Positions 14,270 through 26,110 of a stretch of 64,000 nt of DNA are shown piece after piece (the first letter of the stretch is position 1; every line of letters starts with the position of its first letter). Made by a program: the position numbers and the translations under genes. The DNA comes from Octopus bimaculoides (lineage: Eukaryota), in assembly GCF_001194135.2 (NCBI RefSeq), contig NC_068986.1, forward strand, positions 65,945,778-66,009,777, read 5' to 3'. Under the pieces are notes generated by a model, which worked only from the letters and a program-made list of their open reading frames with translations, had not been told where the DNA came from and made no database searches.

Positions 14270-14387
14270 TCTTTATTGGGGACGTAAACGCACTGACATT
14301 GGTAGTCAAGCAGTGGTGGGTGACAAACACAGACACAAAGTCACACACACAGACACAAAGTCACACACACACACACACACACATTAT

Positions 14388-14510
14388 TATTTATCAGCCC
14401 CGAAAAGACGAAAGACCAAATCGATCTCGGTGGAATTTGAACACAGAACGTAAAGATGGACTAAATGCCGCTAATCATTTCACACGGCGTGTTAACGATT
14501 CTACTAGCTC
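14388..14510 (-). mobile_element. SINE family B 5' fragment
   Basis: Reverse complement of GAGCTAG..GTTCTGTGTTCAAATTCCACCGAGATCGA. Confidence 0.7.
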
Positions 14511-14871
14511 GGCAATAACAATATGATCAATTAATCGATAAAAAATAATTCTTTTAAAAAAATGGAAAACTTTTTTTCAAGTTTGTCGATTTCAAAACTA
14601 AGTAAATGAATTGAAAGTTTAAAAAATACCAAAAATGTTATGGAAATTATTTTTATATTCTTATTTTGTTTTATTTTCAAACCGTTTTTATTTTGCTTAT
14701 AAATAACAAATGTATTGAAATAAAAACAACAGAGCAATACTTTTTATTAAAAGTTGAGCAATATATGAAGGTCGAGTGGGTGCGTTTTAATCTTCCAGTC
14801 AATGTTTCTTTACTAGTAAATAATAAAAGGTTTGAAGTTTAAAACTACACTCACACGCAGCACGCACGCAC

Positions 14872-14908
<37 letters not shown>

Positions 14909-15485
14909 CACACACACACAACCATACACAAACATGTGTCTGGGTATATTATATATTATATGATGTATGTTTTACATATATATATACGTGTGTGTATATA
15001 CGTACACACACGTGTATATATATATATATATATANNNNNNNNNNNNNNNNNNNNNNNNNNNNNNNNNNNNNNNNNNNNNNNNNNNNNNNNNNNNNNNNNN
15101 NNNNNNNNNNNNNNNNNNNNNNNNNNNNNNNNNNNNNNNNNNNNNNNNNNNNNNNNNNNNNNNNNNNNNNNNNNNNNNNNNNNNNNNNNNNNNNNNNNNN
15201 NNNNNNNNNNNNNNNNNNNNNNNNNNNNNNNNNNNNNNNNNNNNNNNNNNNNNNNNNNNNNNNNGAGTATAATATAAAGTAAAGTAAATATCATAAGATA
15301 AATATAATAAAAAGTTTACACGTGTTTCATAACTAATTTTCAAATAGAAAATTTATTTTACTTTATATTATACTTATTTATTGTGCTTTTAATTATTAAT
15401 TTTTCTATATGTGATAGTGGCTTTTCATCGATGAGTTCTTGAAACTTGGTTATTTTCCCTAAAACTATATATATATATATATATA

Positions 15486-15706
15486 CTCTTTTACTATTTT
15501 ACTCTTTTACTTGTTTCAGTCATTTGACTGCGGCCATGCTGGAGCACCACCTTTAGCCGAGAAATTCGACCCCGGGACTTATTCTTTGTAAGCTTAGTAC
15601 TTATTTTATCGGTTTCTTTTTGCCGAACCACTAAGTGACGAGGACATAAACACACCACAACGTTTGTCAAGCAATCCTAGAGGGACAAACACAGACACAT
15701 ACACAT

Positions 15707-15749
<43 letters not shown>

Positions 15750-15904
15750 TACGACGGGCTTCTTTCAGTTTCCATCTACCAAATCCACCCACAAGGCTTT
15801 GGTTGGACCGAGGTTATAGTAGAAGACATTTGCCCAAGATGCCACGCAGTGGAACTGAACCCAGAGCCATGGGGTTGGTAAGCAAGCTACATACCACACA
15901 GCCA
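15486..15904 (-). mobile_element. Full-length SINE family A
   Basis: tRNA-like head (TGGCTGTGTGGTATGTAG..GGGTTCAGTTCC), CTTGGGCAAATGTCTTC central block, internal (TA)/(CA), tail ending in (GTAAAAGA)-like repeats. Confidence 0.9.
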
Positions 15905-16012
15905 TATATATATACGTATACACATACATACACACGCGCGCGCACACACATACATACACATACACAACCACACACACATACATATGTACATTTATTTCTT
16001 TAAAATTACATC

Positions 16013-16056
<44 letters not shown>

Positions 16057-16094
16057 GCATGTATATACGTGTTTACATATACGTGCATATATAT

Positions 16095-16247
16095 TTTATC
16101 TTTTACTTGTTCCAGTCATCTGATTGCGACTATGCTGACACACCACCATGTAGGGCTTTAATCGAACAAATCGACCCCAGGACTTATTTTTAAAGCCTAC
16201 TACTTATTCGTTCGTTCACTACTGCCGAACTGCTAAGTTACAGGGAC
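16095..16247 (-). mobile_element. SINE family A tail fragment
   Basis: Matches the family A 3' part. Confidence 0.75.
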
Positions 16248-16430
16248 TTCCCTTAATGTTCGTATGTCTATTTCCTTAGCTCGTTTAATGCCATCATTTA
16301 TTAATAATACTGAGTAATGTCTTTTGATTAGTATTGATCTGAGTTCAAGGAGTCTTCGTTCACGAGTATTGGTGTCCGAAACTATGGTACAGATTCTGAC
16401 ATGAATTGAATAATAGGTATTGTTTAGAAT
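16248..16430 (-). mobile_element. Penelope-like element RT C-terminal fragment
   Basis: RICTIVSDTNTRERRLLELRSILIKRHY..LINDGIKRA is homologous to RICTIVSDTRPRDTRLNDL in the PLE at 46.3 kb. Confidence 0.8.
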
Positions 16431-17159
16431 CTGTGGCTTTATAGAAGAATCCAATATTTACATCCTATACATATGAATCCAATATTTAAACCCCATTATT
16501 TATAGCTTTATTTATTTCCAGATTCACAGTTCCAAAACAGAATTATTATTGATAGGTTGCACATGAATGATACTGTTATATCCATAAATAAAAATATATA
16601 GTACGTAAATGGTATACCCATATATATATATATANNNNNNNNNNNNNNNNNNNNNNNNNNNNNNNNNNNNNNNNNNNNNNNNNNNNNNNNNNNNNNNNNN
16701 NNNNNNNNNNNNNNNNNNNNNNNNNNNNNNNNNNNNNNNNNNNNNNNNNNNNNNNNNNNNNNNNNNNNNNNNNNNNNNNNNNNNNNNNNNNNNNNNNNNN
16801 NNNNNNNNNNNNNNNNNNNNNNNNNNNNNNNNNNNNNNNNNNNNNNNNNNNNNNNNNNNNNNNNNNNNNNNNNNNNNNNNNNNNNNNNNNNNNNNNNNNN
16901 NNNNNNNNNNNNNNNNNNNNNNNNNNNNNNNNNNNNNNNNNNNNNNNNNNNNNNNNNNNNNNNNNNNNNNNNNNNNNNNNNNNNNNNNNNNNNNNNNNNN
17001 NNNNNNNNNNNNNNNNNNNNNNNNNNNNNNNNNNNNNNNNNNNNNNNNNNNNNNNNNNNNNNNNNNNNNNNNNNNNNNNNNNNNNNNNNNNNNNNNNNNN
17101 NNNNNNNNNNNNNNNNNNNNNNNNNNNNNNNNNNNNNNNNNNNNNNNNNNNTATTGACC

Positions 17160-17335
17160 GTTAGCTCCAAAAGATTTTTTATTCACTCTGTTTATTTCCT
17201 CTTGTGTCTTTCTATTGAAGAGCGTAGGCTCGAAACGTAAAAGACTTCCTCACCTTCCCGAGTGTTAAACTAATGCACCTGCTAGCAGTTTATACACCTG
17301 TCATCGTGTTTTGGTTTTCTGTAAATTTCAACTAT
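17160..17335 (+). mobile_element. PLE pseudo-LTR-like repeat with degenerate hammerhead (17206-17245); second 3' copy at 18552-18615
   Basis: GTCTTT CTATTGA A GAGC-GTAG-GCTC GAAA C GTA AAAGAC. The downstream TATACACCTGTC..AAATTTCAACTAT recurs at 18552-18615. Confidence 0.7.
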
Positions 17336-17429
17336 ACACACACACATATGCACGTACACACACACACATACACACACGCACGCACACACACATACGCACG
17401 CACACACACATGCACGCACACACACACAC

Positions 17430-17465
<36 letters not shown>

Positions 17466-18076
17466 CAATTTTTTCTAATGTTCAGATTTTTTATATGCTA
17501 GGCCACTTCGTTTTAAATTGAATTAATAGTTCATTTATCACCCTATCTATCAATATATATATATATAGTATAGTGCGTGTGTGTGTGCGTGTGCGAACAA
17601 TAAAGCCAAAATGACAATCGTAAAGTCGATGCACAGAATTCCAAATAATTAATACGCATTAAAACGTTAGAAACAAAACCATATCGAGAGCAGATGCTTA
17701 TCACTCATGCGTCGTAATCAATTAACTTACGAAGCTAACTAAAAACTCTGCTCAGACCAATCAAAAGAACAGAAGAACTCGACCAGAACCCGGATCACAA
17801 TAGAGGATAACACTAAAATAATGAGAACATAAGATATAAAAAGCTCACGACAAAAATCATATTCAAATAAACAAATACAACCAATCATAGGCATTCCACT
17901 GCCAGCTGGCTATCGGAAATTCTTAGGGTTTCAAAACACGGGCAATATATTGTCATCCAAAGTGTCAACATCATCAAAAATATTAATACTGAGGGAAAAT
18001 AGCACATCCATATATAATAGATGCATGTGATTATACACATGCACACACACACACACACACACAGACACACACACAG

Positions 18077-18129
<53 letters not shown>

Positions 18130-18615
18130 NNNNNNNNNNNNNNNNNNNNNNNNNNNNNNNNNNNNNNNNNNNNNNNNNNNNNNNNNNNNNNNNNNNNNNN
18201 NNNNNNNNNNNNNNNNNNNNNNNNNNNNNNNNNNNNNNNNNNNNNNNNNNNNNNNNNNNNNNNNNNNNNNNNNNNNNNNNNNNNNNNNNNNNNNNNNNNN
18301 NNNNNNNNNNNNNNNNNNNNNNNNNNNNNNNNNNNNNNNNNNNNNNNNNNNNNNNNNNNNNNNNNNNNNNNNNNNNNNNNNNNNNNNNNNNNNNNNNNNN
18401 NNNNNNNNNNNNNNNNNNNNNNNNNNNNNNNNNNNNNNNNNNNNNNNNNNNNNNNNNNNNNNNNNNNNNNNNNNNNNNNNNNNNNNNNNNNNNNNNNNNN
18501 NNNNNNNNNNNNNNNNNNNNNNNNNNNNNNNNNNNNNNNNNNNNNNNNNNNTAATACACCTGCTTGGTGTTTATACACCTGTCCTCGTCTTTTGTTTTTC
18601 TATAAATTTCAACTA

Positions 18616-18653
<38 letters not shown>

Positions 18654-19108
18654 TAAAAAGTAAAAGAGTCAAAAGGAAGAGTAAGTACGGTTAGGCAGCT
18701 TTTTAATCACTTCAATGTCTGGATACATACAGATCCTCGTATATACAGGATTTAAAGTTAAGTATAAATTAAATTATGTAACGATTTACCTGTATAAGAA
18801 GATCTATATGTACCTCCTCAGACGATACTCAGTTGCTGTTTCCGTAAGTAAATCTAGATGTCCATGCTACAACATCCATGGCTTCTTCTTTGAAACTAAC
18901 AAACGCTGACGGCTTCAATTCGCTCTGTATGAGTGTGTTATCCCGTTCGACATCAGCTGCAATGTGCACGTTGTCTGTTTATTTATTCAGTTTCAACATG
19001 TTATTCTGCACATGCCAAACTGTACCATTACACAAAATATATTCATCCATTAGCTCATACTAATACAATCACTTACACACTGATATACCATACATCACTG
19101 AGTGTTTC

Positions 19109-19205
<97 letters not shown>

Positions 19206-19469
19206 TCACACACAGACACGTACACACATATATAAGTAGATATATTCAGATGTACACATGCATACATATACTCACCTACATATCAATAAACACATTCACA
19301 TCTATACATAGACGCTTATACATTTATCTACTCATTTTCATGTACATAGTTATATCTACATAGTTATATCGTTCAATGCTCCATCATAAATACACTCCTA
19401 TACATACGTGAAGGCGGTAAAAAAATGGGTTTAGCGAGATAGAATAATAATAATTATAATTTATACACT

Positions 19470-20036
19470 GTATCATCTGGAAAATGCATATTTGGCACGG
19501 TGGTTACATCTTGGAATTTTCTCATCATGTTTATTCACTAGATTTTCATTACTCAGTAGAATACTCAGAGCTTCCTCAAGGCAAAGGTCCCATTTGCCGG
19601 ATAGTGAAGTACATGGATGTGCGTTTTTTTATTTTTGACCATTCTATTTGGTGTTTAATTTTTGATTCTTTCAGTCCCCATATGAGGTCTGCCAGTGAGG
19701 TCGTATGCCGTCTATTTATTTTTTGGAATGACTAGATGTGGTTTCGATAACGGACTTTGAATTGGTTTTCAGTTGCACCTATGTACACATAATTATGTCG
19801 AGATGTGTAGATTATGCATTTATAAAATACATTACTTTTTTTAGCGCATTGGTTCAGCAGCGGACATGCGGAGTTTTCTACGGCATGTGCAGTTAATCGT
19901 ATTCCTATTATTCTTATGTTTATCTGGTGGCTTTTTAATTCTGTTTTCATGACGTTCTGTTTGATTTCTTGTACCCGAGGCTAATCGGTAATCTATTTTG
20001 TTGGATCTTTTTAGATGATATATTTCAACTATATTG
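19470..20036 (-). mobile_element. Penelope-like element GIY-YIG endonuclease remnant
   Basis: CTCRRK..CPLLNQC..NVFYKCII..YIGATENQFKVRYRNH, then LCLEEA and NLVNKHDEKIPRCNHR. Confidence 0.85.
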
Positions 20037-20153
20037 TCACTACACCATATGCCCGTGGGCATATGGTGTAGTGATTAAGAGCGTGGGCTACTAACCTCAA
20101 GATTCCGAGTTCGTTTCCAGGCAGTGACCTGAATAATAATAATAATAATAATA

Positions 20154-20190
<37 letters not shown>

Positions 20191-20354
20191 CAACAACAAC
20201 GACATCGAAAAATATCTTAAGAATGAGAACCCAGGTTCGAAATTTCCCCAAGACACCTGATGAAGGCTGGAGGGTATATCAGCCGAAACGTTGTGTTAAC
20301 AACAAACAAGATGAGGACAAATATCCGTCAAATGTAAATAATGTAAATAATGTT
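20037..20354 (+). mobile_element. tRNA-headed short element with (AAT)n linker and hammerhead ribozyme (SINE family D)
   Basis: A-box-like TGGTGTAGTGATT, B-box-like GTTCGTTTC (20109-20117), (AAT/AAC)n 20132-20200, hammerhead 20252-20297, ATGTAAATA tandem end. Confidence 0.8.
20252..20297 (+). ncRNA. Minimal type I hammerhead ribozyme
   Basis: Stem I GACAC/GTGTT, core CTGATGA plus extra A, stem II GGCTG/CAGCC, GAAA, palindromic ACGT helix III, GUU cleavage triplet (cut predicted after 20292). Confidence 0.85.
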
Positions 20355-20659
20355 TCGTATCTGAGACATCAGATGTAAATAAAAAGTGAGATCGAAGATA
20401 AAAAAAAAAAGATGGGTAATGGGCGTGTATGTCATATTTCGGGAGTTTTGCGTCTTTATCAGCACCCACGAACTCGTTGCTGAAATAACCAGTACATATA
20501 GTCATACAACGTTTTTGGATATACCGATTTACATATTAAACACATTCCTGGAAGCTGTTACGTAAATATTGAAGACTTGTAAACATACAGTATTTCATTT
20601 TGGACCCATAATGTGCTACACAGTATATTAAACGTTTCTATTAATCAATACCATGAACT

Positions 20660-20700
<41 letters not shown>

Positions 20701-20703
<3 letters not shown>

Positions 20704-20872
20704 CTGAGTTCTGAGTTCAAATTCCGCCGAGGTCGATTTTGCCTTTCATCCTTTCAGGGTCGATCAAATAAGTACCAGTTACGCACTGGGGTCGGTATAA
20801 TTGACTTAATCCGTTTGTCTGTCCTTGTTTGTCCCCTCTGTGTGTAGCCCCTTGTGGGTAGTAAAGAAATAA
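20701..20872 (+). mobile_element. SINE family B, 5'-truncated
   Basis: GAGTTCAAATTCCGCCGAGGTCGA..GCCTTTCATCCTTTC..AAGTACCAG; tail shared with the 48811 copy. Confidence 0.9.
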
Positions 20873-20959
20873 CACACACGAGTAAGCACATGAATGCAAA
20901 ACAAGATGAGAAAAATAGTACTCGAATACCGAAGCTAGAGTAATATGCTTTTTAATTAA

Positions 20960-21462
20960 AGCTACAAAAACATCACAGGAAAAAACTGCTACTCAGAGTT
21001 TCACGTTCTTGTTCGTCGGGAAAGTTGTGATCAAGAAGGGAATAAAATTGTGATGGTACATGTAATATATGATTTGATATAATCCAATTTGACGAATAAG
21101 CAATTGAATTTCATTGGGTAATCTATTTTGAAATCATAAGTAGTGTTGTATTCTGGACATGTATTACTTCCTTCTTCATTCAAAGTGTTTTCGATATTAT
21201 TACAATACGATATATTCATGTTTTGCTATTCAATTTATACACCCACCCCCCACCCCCGATCAGCCCAACCGTTAGCGAATACAACACCGTTTATGCTCTC
21301 AAAATAGATTACCCATTCGTCAAAGTGGATTATATCAAATCATATATATTACTTGTACCATCACAATTTTATTCCATTCTTGAACAGAACTGTCCAACGA
21401 ACGGAAACGTGAAACTCTAAGTAGCAGATTTTTTTCTGTGATGGTTTTGCATAAAAAAAGTG
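20960..21462. mobile_element. Palindromic element (arms about 190 bp, spacer about 125 bp) with a hammerhead motif near each outer end
   Basis: 20960-21152 is the reverse complement of 21277-21462 (18-bp indel). Hammerhead motifs at 20984-21026 (-) and 21388-21429 (+); third copy at 21581-21616 (-). Confidence 0.85.
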
Positions 21463-21470
21463 TATGCATA

Positions 21471-21541
<71 letters not shown>

Positions 21542-21659
21542 TTATATACTTTATCAATAAAGCTGCAAAAATATTATTAAAACTGTTACTCAGAGTTTCA
21601 CGTTCCCGTTCGTCGGAGAAAAAAAACCGAACTGGACTCCAGTCTGATCTACATGATGT

Positions 21660-22480
21660 ACGTCAATGGGCAGACAAAAACAAAATGCGACTAAACGAGG
21701 GAAATTTGAATTGATGCATTCTGGAAAAAAAAAAGACTGTGCTAAGACAACCATATTTTCTTCCTTCAGGAGAACTACTCACAGCATCTAAGAATATCAG
21801 AGACCTAGGAGTAATCGTTGACAACAATCTCAGCTGGGGTGCCCACATCAATAATAAAGTTGATGTAGCTCGTAAGATGAGCTCCTGGATCCTAAGAACC
21901 TTCCGGTCCAGAGAACAAGGTGTCATCATTCCTCTTTTCTCCTCCTTTGTATGGTCACACCTAGAATACTGCTGCTTTCTATGGTCTCCCCACACAAAAC
22001 AAAACATTTCGAGAACTGAATCACCCCAGAGAGCATTCACTAAAAGAGTTAAAGGCGTGACAGATTTCGATTATACCACCAGCATTGCCCATATGACTTC
22101 AACATTAGTTTCAAAATTCATCCAAGGCTAGGACCACATGCCATACGTCCCCTACTCAATTCAGGATCACAACACATAAATACACTGCAACACAATTTCT
22201 TTTCCTCAACAGGCTATGCCCTACTTAACAGTGTCCCAAAATAAATCAAAGAGGAAAAAGATCTCATTACCTTTAAACAGAATCTGGACAAATTTTTCCT
22301 TGGGATACCAGATAAGCCACCTGTACTAAGATAGAACTCACTCAACAAGAAATCCCTGCTTGAACGAGCCATAATACCACAAAACTTGACTTAGAAAGGA
22401 TTTAGCAAATCCTATCAAGTGGTACTTCTAAGTTAGACATGGCCTGGGCTAGTTTTTAATCGAAACATATCCAAGTTTAT
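21660..22480 (+). mobile_element. CR1-clade LINE 3' fragment
   Basis: QWADKNKMRLN.GKF, RDLGVIVDNNLSW..HI, WILRTF, HLEYCCFLWSP, QRAFTKRV; 3' UTR runs into (TA)n. Confidence 0.85.
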
Positions 22481-22489
22481 ATATTTGTA

Positions 22490-22528
<39 letters not shown>

Positions 22529-23093
22529 TATATGTGTGTGCGTGTGTGTGTATACATACATACATATATGTATGTATACATAAACATATATATATGTGTG
22601 TGTGTTGGTGTGTGTATATATATATATATATATANNNNNNNNNNNNNNNNNNNNNNNNNNNNNNNNNNNNNNNNNNNNNNNNNNNNNNNNNNNNNNNNNN
22701 NNNNNNNNNNNNNNNNNNNNNNNNNNNNNNNNNNNNNNNNNNNNNNNNNNNNNNNNNNNNNNNNNNNNNNNNNNNNNNNNNNNNNNNNNNNNNNNNNNNN
22801 NNNNNNNNNNNNNNNNNNNNNNNNNNNNNNNNNNNNNNNNNNNNNNNNNNNNNNNNNNNNNNNNNNNNNNNNNNNNNNNNNNNNNNNNNNNNNNNATATA
22901 TATATATATATATGCACAGGCTAACTCAGTTATATGTTCACAAATCGCTGGAATTGGCTTGAATCAAACAAAAAACATCCTTGTGACTTTGTTGGCGACT
23001 GGGTTGAATTGTGCAAAGAAAAACTTAAATAATACATTACTACGCGCATACAAACCTGAATATATACATTCATACATATGTACATGATTGCAT

Positions 23094-23127
<34 letters not shown>

Positions 23128-23399
23128 ACGTAAGTATGTACATATGTTTGTTTGTTATCCTATCACAATAAAATATCAAAATATTAAAAGTTTATTCCTT
23201 CGGGACTTATCTTCCATTTGTCTTTCATTCCGGAAATACCATGACTTATGATAAAAGAATGTTACATTTTTTACAATTCTCTTTTGTTTGTATTTTGTTT
23301 CATGAAAACAATTCGGAAGTTTATAATAAATCATTCTTTATTCTTTGTTGTTTGTTGTTACTGTTGCTGTTTCTGGTTGTTTGTTTCACAACGAAATAG

Positions 23400-24370
23400 T
23401 TACGATTTCAAATGTTCTCCAAAACCACTACAGTTTCACCTGGAAAACAAATGCCCATTCTGGAGCCATCGCAGGAGCTGCAGGATGGTTATTTTGGCTC
23501 GTTAGAAACAGCAGCCAAATTTCCTTCAAATTGACAGTACGACAGCGTAACGAAGGATCAATGGGCTTGCAGCCCGATCCGGGGTAAAATTGCAACGAAA
23601 AAGCATGGGAAATCATGCCCCCGTGATCCCGGACCACGGGGGGGGGGGAATAAAGGATCAAATAGGGACGGAAAAAAACGAAACAGACTTGGACCGGAAA
23701 TGGATAATGAGAAAGGATGCGGTAAAGGATTGGTAGACGAGGAATTCAGCTGCTGCGGAAAGGTGTTTGCTAGTTACATTGGGCTCAGAATCCACCAAGG
23801 GAAGGTATGTCAGAAGAAAGTAATTCAACAGCGCGGGTTGATGAACCGTAAGACGTGTGGCCAGAACCTCCGGGAAAATAACCACAGCGAGGGACATTCC
23901 ACAGTTGAATTAGAACAGTCAAAAACAGTGATAGGCGTGAAGAAGACAAAGATTAAGTGGCCGAAAGCAAATGACGCAGCAAGTTATAAAAAATTCGACA
24001 ACGAGGTATCAAGAATGACCACCAAATTCAAAGGCGATAAAAAGGGGAACTTGACATGACGATCAGTCGGACGCTGACACTCGTTGATGCTGCATCGAAG
24101 AGGCCAGGGAATAGAAGAAAGAAGACATGCACCCAACACCAGAGCTGAAGACACCTCCGAAAGGTAGAGGAGTAGGGGCCGAAACCGGACGCGGTTCCTC
24201 CTGATGATATCTTGAGCTAACTGGATCCTATAAAGGAGCTGTTGTGGTAGCAGACCACGAAACATGGTTGAAATTCCACGCCTTACTTTCTTGAAAAAGG
24301 TGCAACACGTTAGACAATATTGTCCAAGATACGTAATATTCAAGTAAAGAATAGGGCTGGAATGCCTATG
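23400..24370 (+). mobile_element. Internally deleted R2-superfamily (HERO-like) non-LTR element
   Basis: N-terminal Zn finger CCGKVFASYIGLRIHQGKVC and IKWPKAND..KKFDNEV; weak PD..ELT and GW endonuclease-like traces downstream; no RT. Confidence 0.55.
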
Positions 24371-25407
24371 CGAATAGAACTTTTAAACTGGTCTGGGATA
24401 AGACAGCAACAGTTATAACATAATGCCTAAGTTGGCAATTGTAGTGAGACGCGAACTGTAAACTTTCCTATAACAATGTATAATTCTATTCTGCTTATTA
24501 CGACATATGTTCGAATGTTACAAGTTAGTGGGAAGAAATAACAAGTCTTGGTGACAATGACGAAGAAAACAAGAAACGACTAACATGTAAAACATTGTAG
24601 TGGTACGGTTCCTAACTAAACATTGCATACAGTAATGTCCTGAGCTAAACGCCAGAATGTTTCATTAGCTGGTCTTCGAATATTTTTGGATACGACTGCT
24701 CCTTTTTGATTGCCTTAATCAGATGCCTAACACATCTATAATATCATTCTGCCCGTTACAGTGCTCGTGTTTTCAAGTGTTTGAGTGTAATCTAGTGCAC
24801 CTCATTGATTATGGAGCGAAATCAAAGACATAATCGAAATGCTTAGCAAAATAAAATAAGTTCGGATGTTAGACTTTTAACAACCTTTAGCTACGGAACA
24901 AAATCGAAAATAATCTTAATCTTTAACATAATGAAACAAGTTTTATTGAGATAAAGTGCATCTAGAATTATACCATCCAATGTACCTAACCCCTCATTTT
25001 TTCAAGATAGTAAATTTTGATTTGAAACGATTTCTAAAAGAGTGAACGATAACAACAGACTTCCTCTTTGGCTTAGAATATAACACAAAAGTGTCAAAGG
25101 CATAGACTGCGTGATCTAGCCACAGGTAACTTATGTCATGTTGTTGTACACCAATCAGTGCTTTCAAGCGGCATGTCCGGGTTTAATGACAATAACTTGC
25201 ACCTTGGTATCTTTAGCGGAATCAACTTTGTTGCAAGCATTCAGCTCAGATCTCCAGTCAAAAGATAAATTACCTTAATATATGGCAACTGCATAAGAGA
25301 AAGGAACTCTTTCCAACGAGCAATTGAAGCTATGACGTTATCTTGATTTGCTAGTGACGTATATCTCACATTACGGCACATACCAGAGCAAAAGAAAAAA
25401 GCAAGTC

Positions 25408-25547
25408 ACAGTAGCTGTGTGGTAAGGAACTTGCTTCCCAACCACATTCTTCCAAGTTCAACCTCATTGCGTGACACCGTGGGGAAATATCTTCTACAAT
25501 AGCCTTGTGAGTGGATTTAGTTGACGGAAACTGAAAAAAGCTCGTTC

Positions 25548-25592
<45 letters not shown>

Positions 25593-25795
25593 CGCATGTG
25601 TGTCTTTGAATCTGTGATTGTCCCCCACCACTGCCTGAACCTGGTGTTTGGCTGTTTACGTCCCCGTAACATAGCGGTTCGGCAAAAAGAAAGCCGAGAG
25701 AATAAGTACCACGCTAAAAACTCTTCAATACGATGCCCCCATCATGGCTGTAGTCTAATAACTGAAACAAGTAAAAGATAAAAGATAAAAGATAA
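25408..25795 (+). mobile_element. SINE family A, near full length
   Basis: Head, (TA)n, TTTACGTCCCCGTAAC, tail ending (AAAAGAT)n. Confidence 0.85.
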
Positions 25796-26110
25796 TGATT
25801 GCACATTTAGATTTCTTTGCTAGAGAAGTTTGACAATCTTCTGACAATTTATTCAATATTTATTTTAATGTTCCACTTGAGGTTTCAGTCGATGAATTCT
25901 TCTTTCATACTGAAGTGCTTTATCCTCACATCTACACACGTTTTTTTTTTTTTGTCTCAGTTCAGCCTTTAAAACGTCCTGCATTAGAAATCTGAACCTA
26001 ACTTGTTATGTGTATCATATATCTTCCTGGAAACGACCTGTATTAAACTGTTATCCCATTAAATTACTAGTAAACCTATAACTATGGTATTTTCTACATT
26101 ACAATTTATA

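Noticed and set aside
15425-15455. TCGATGA..GAAAC hammerhead-like string
   Set aside because: The stems do not form.
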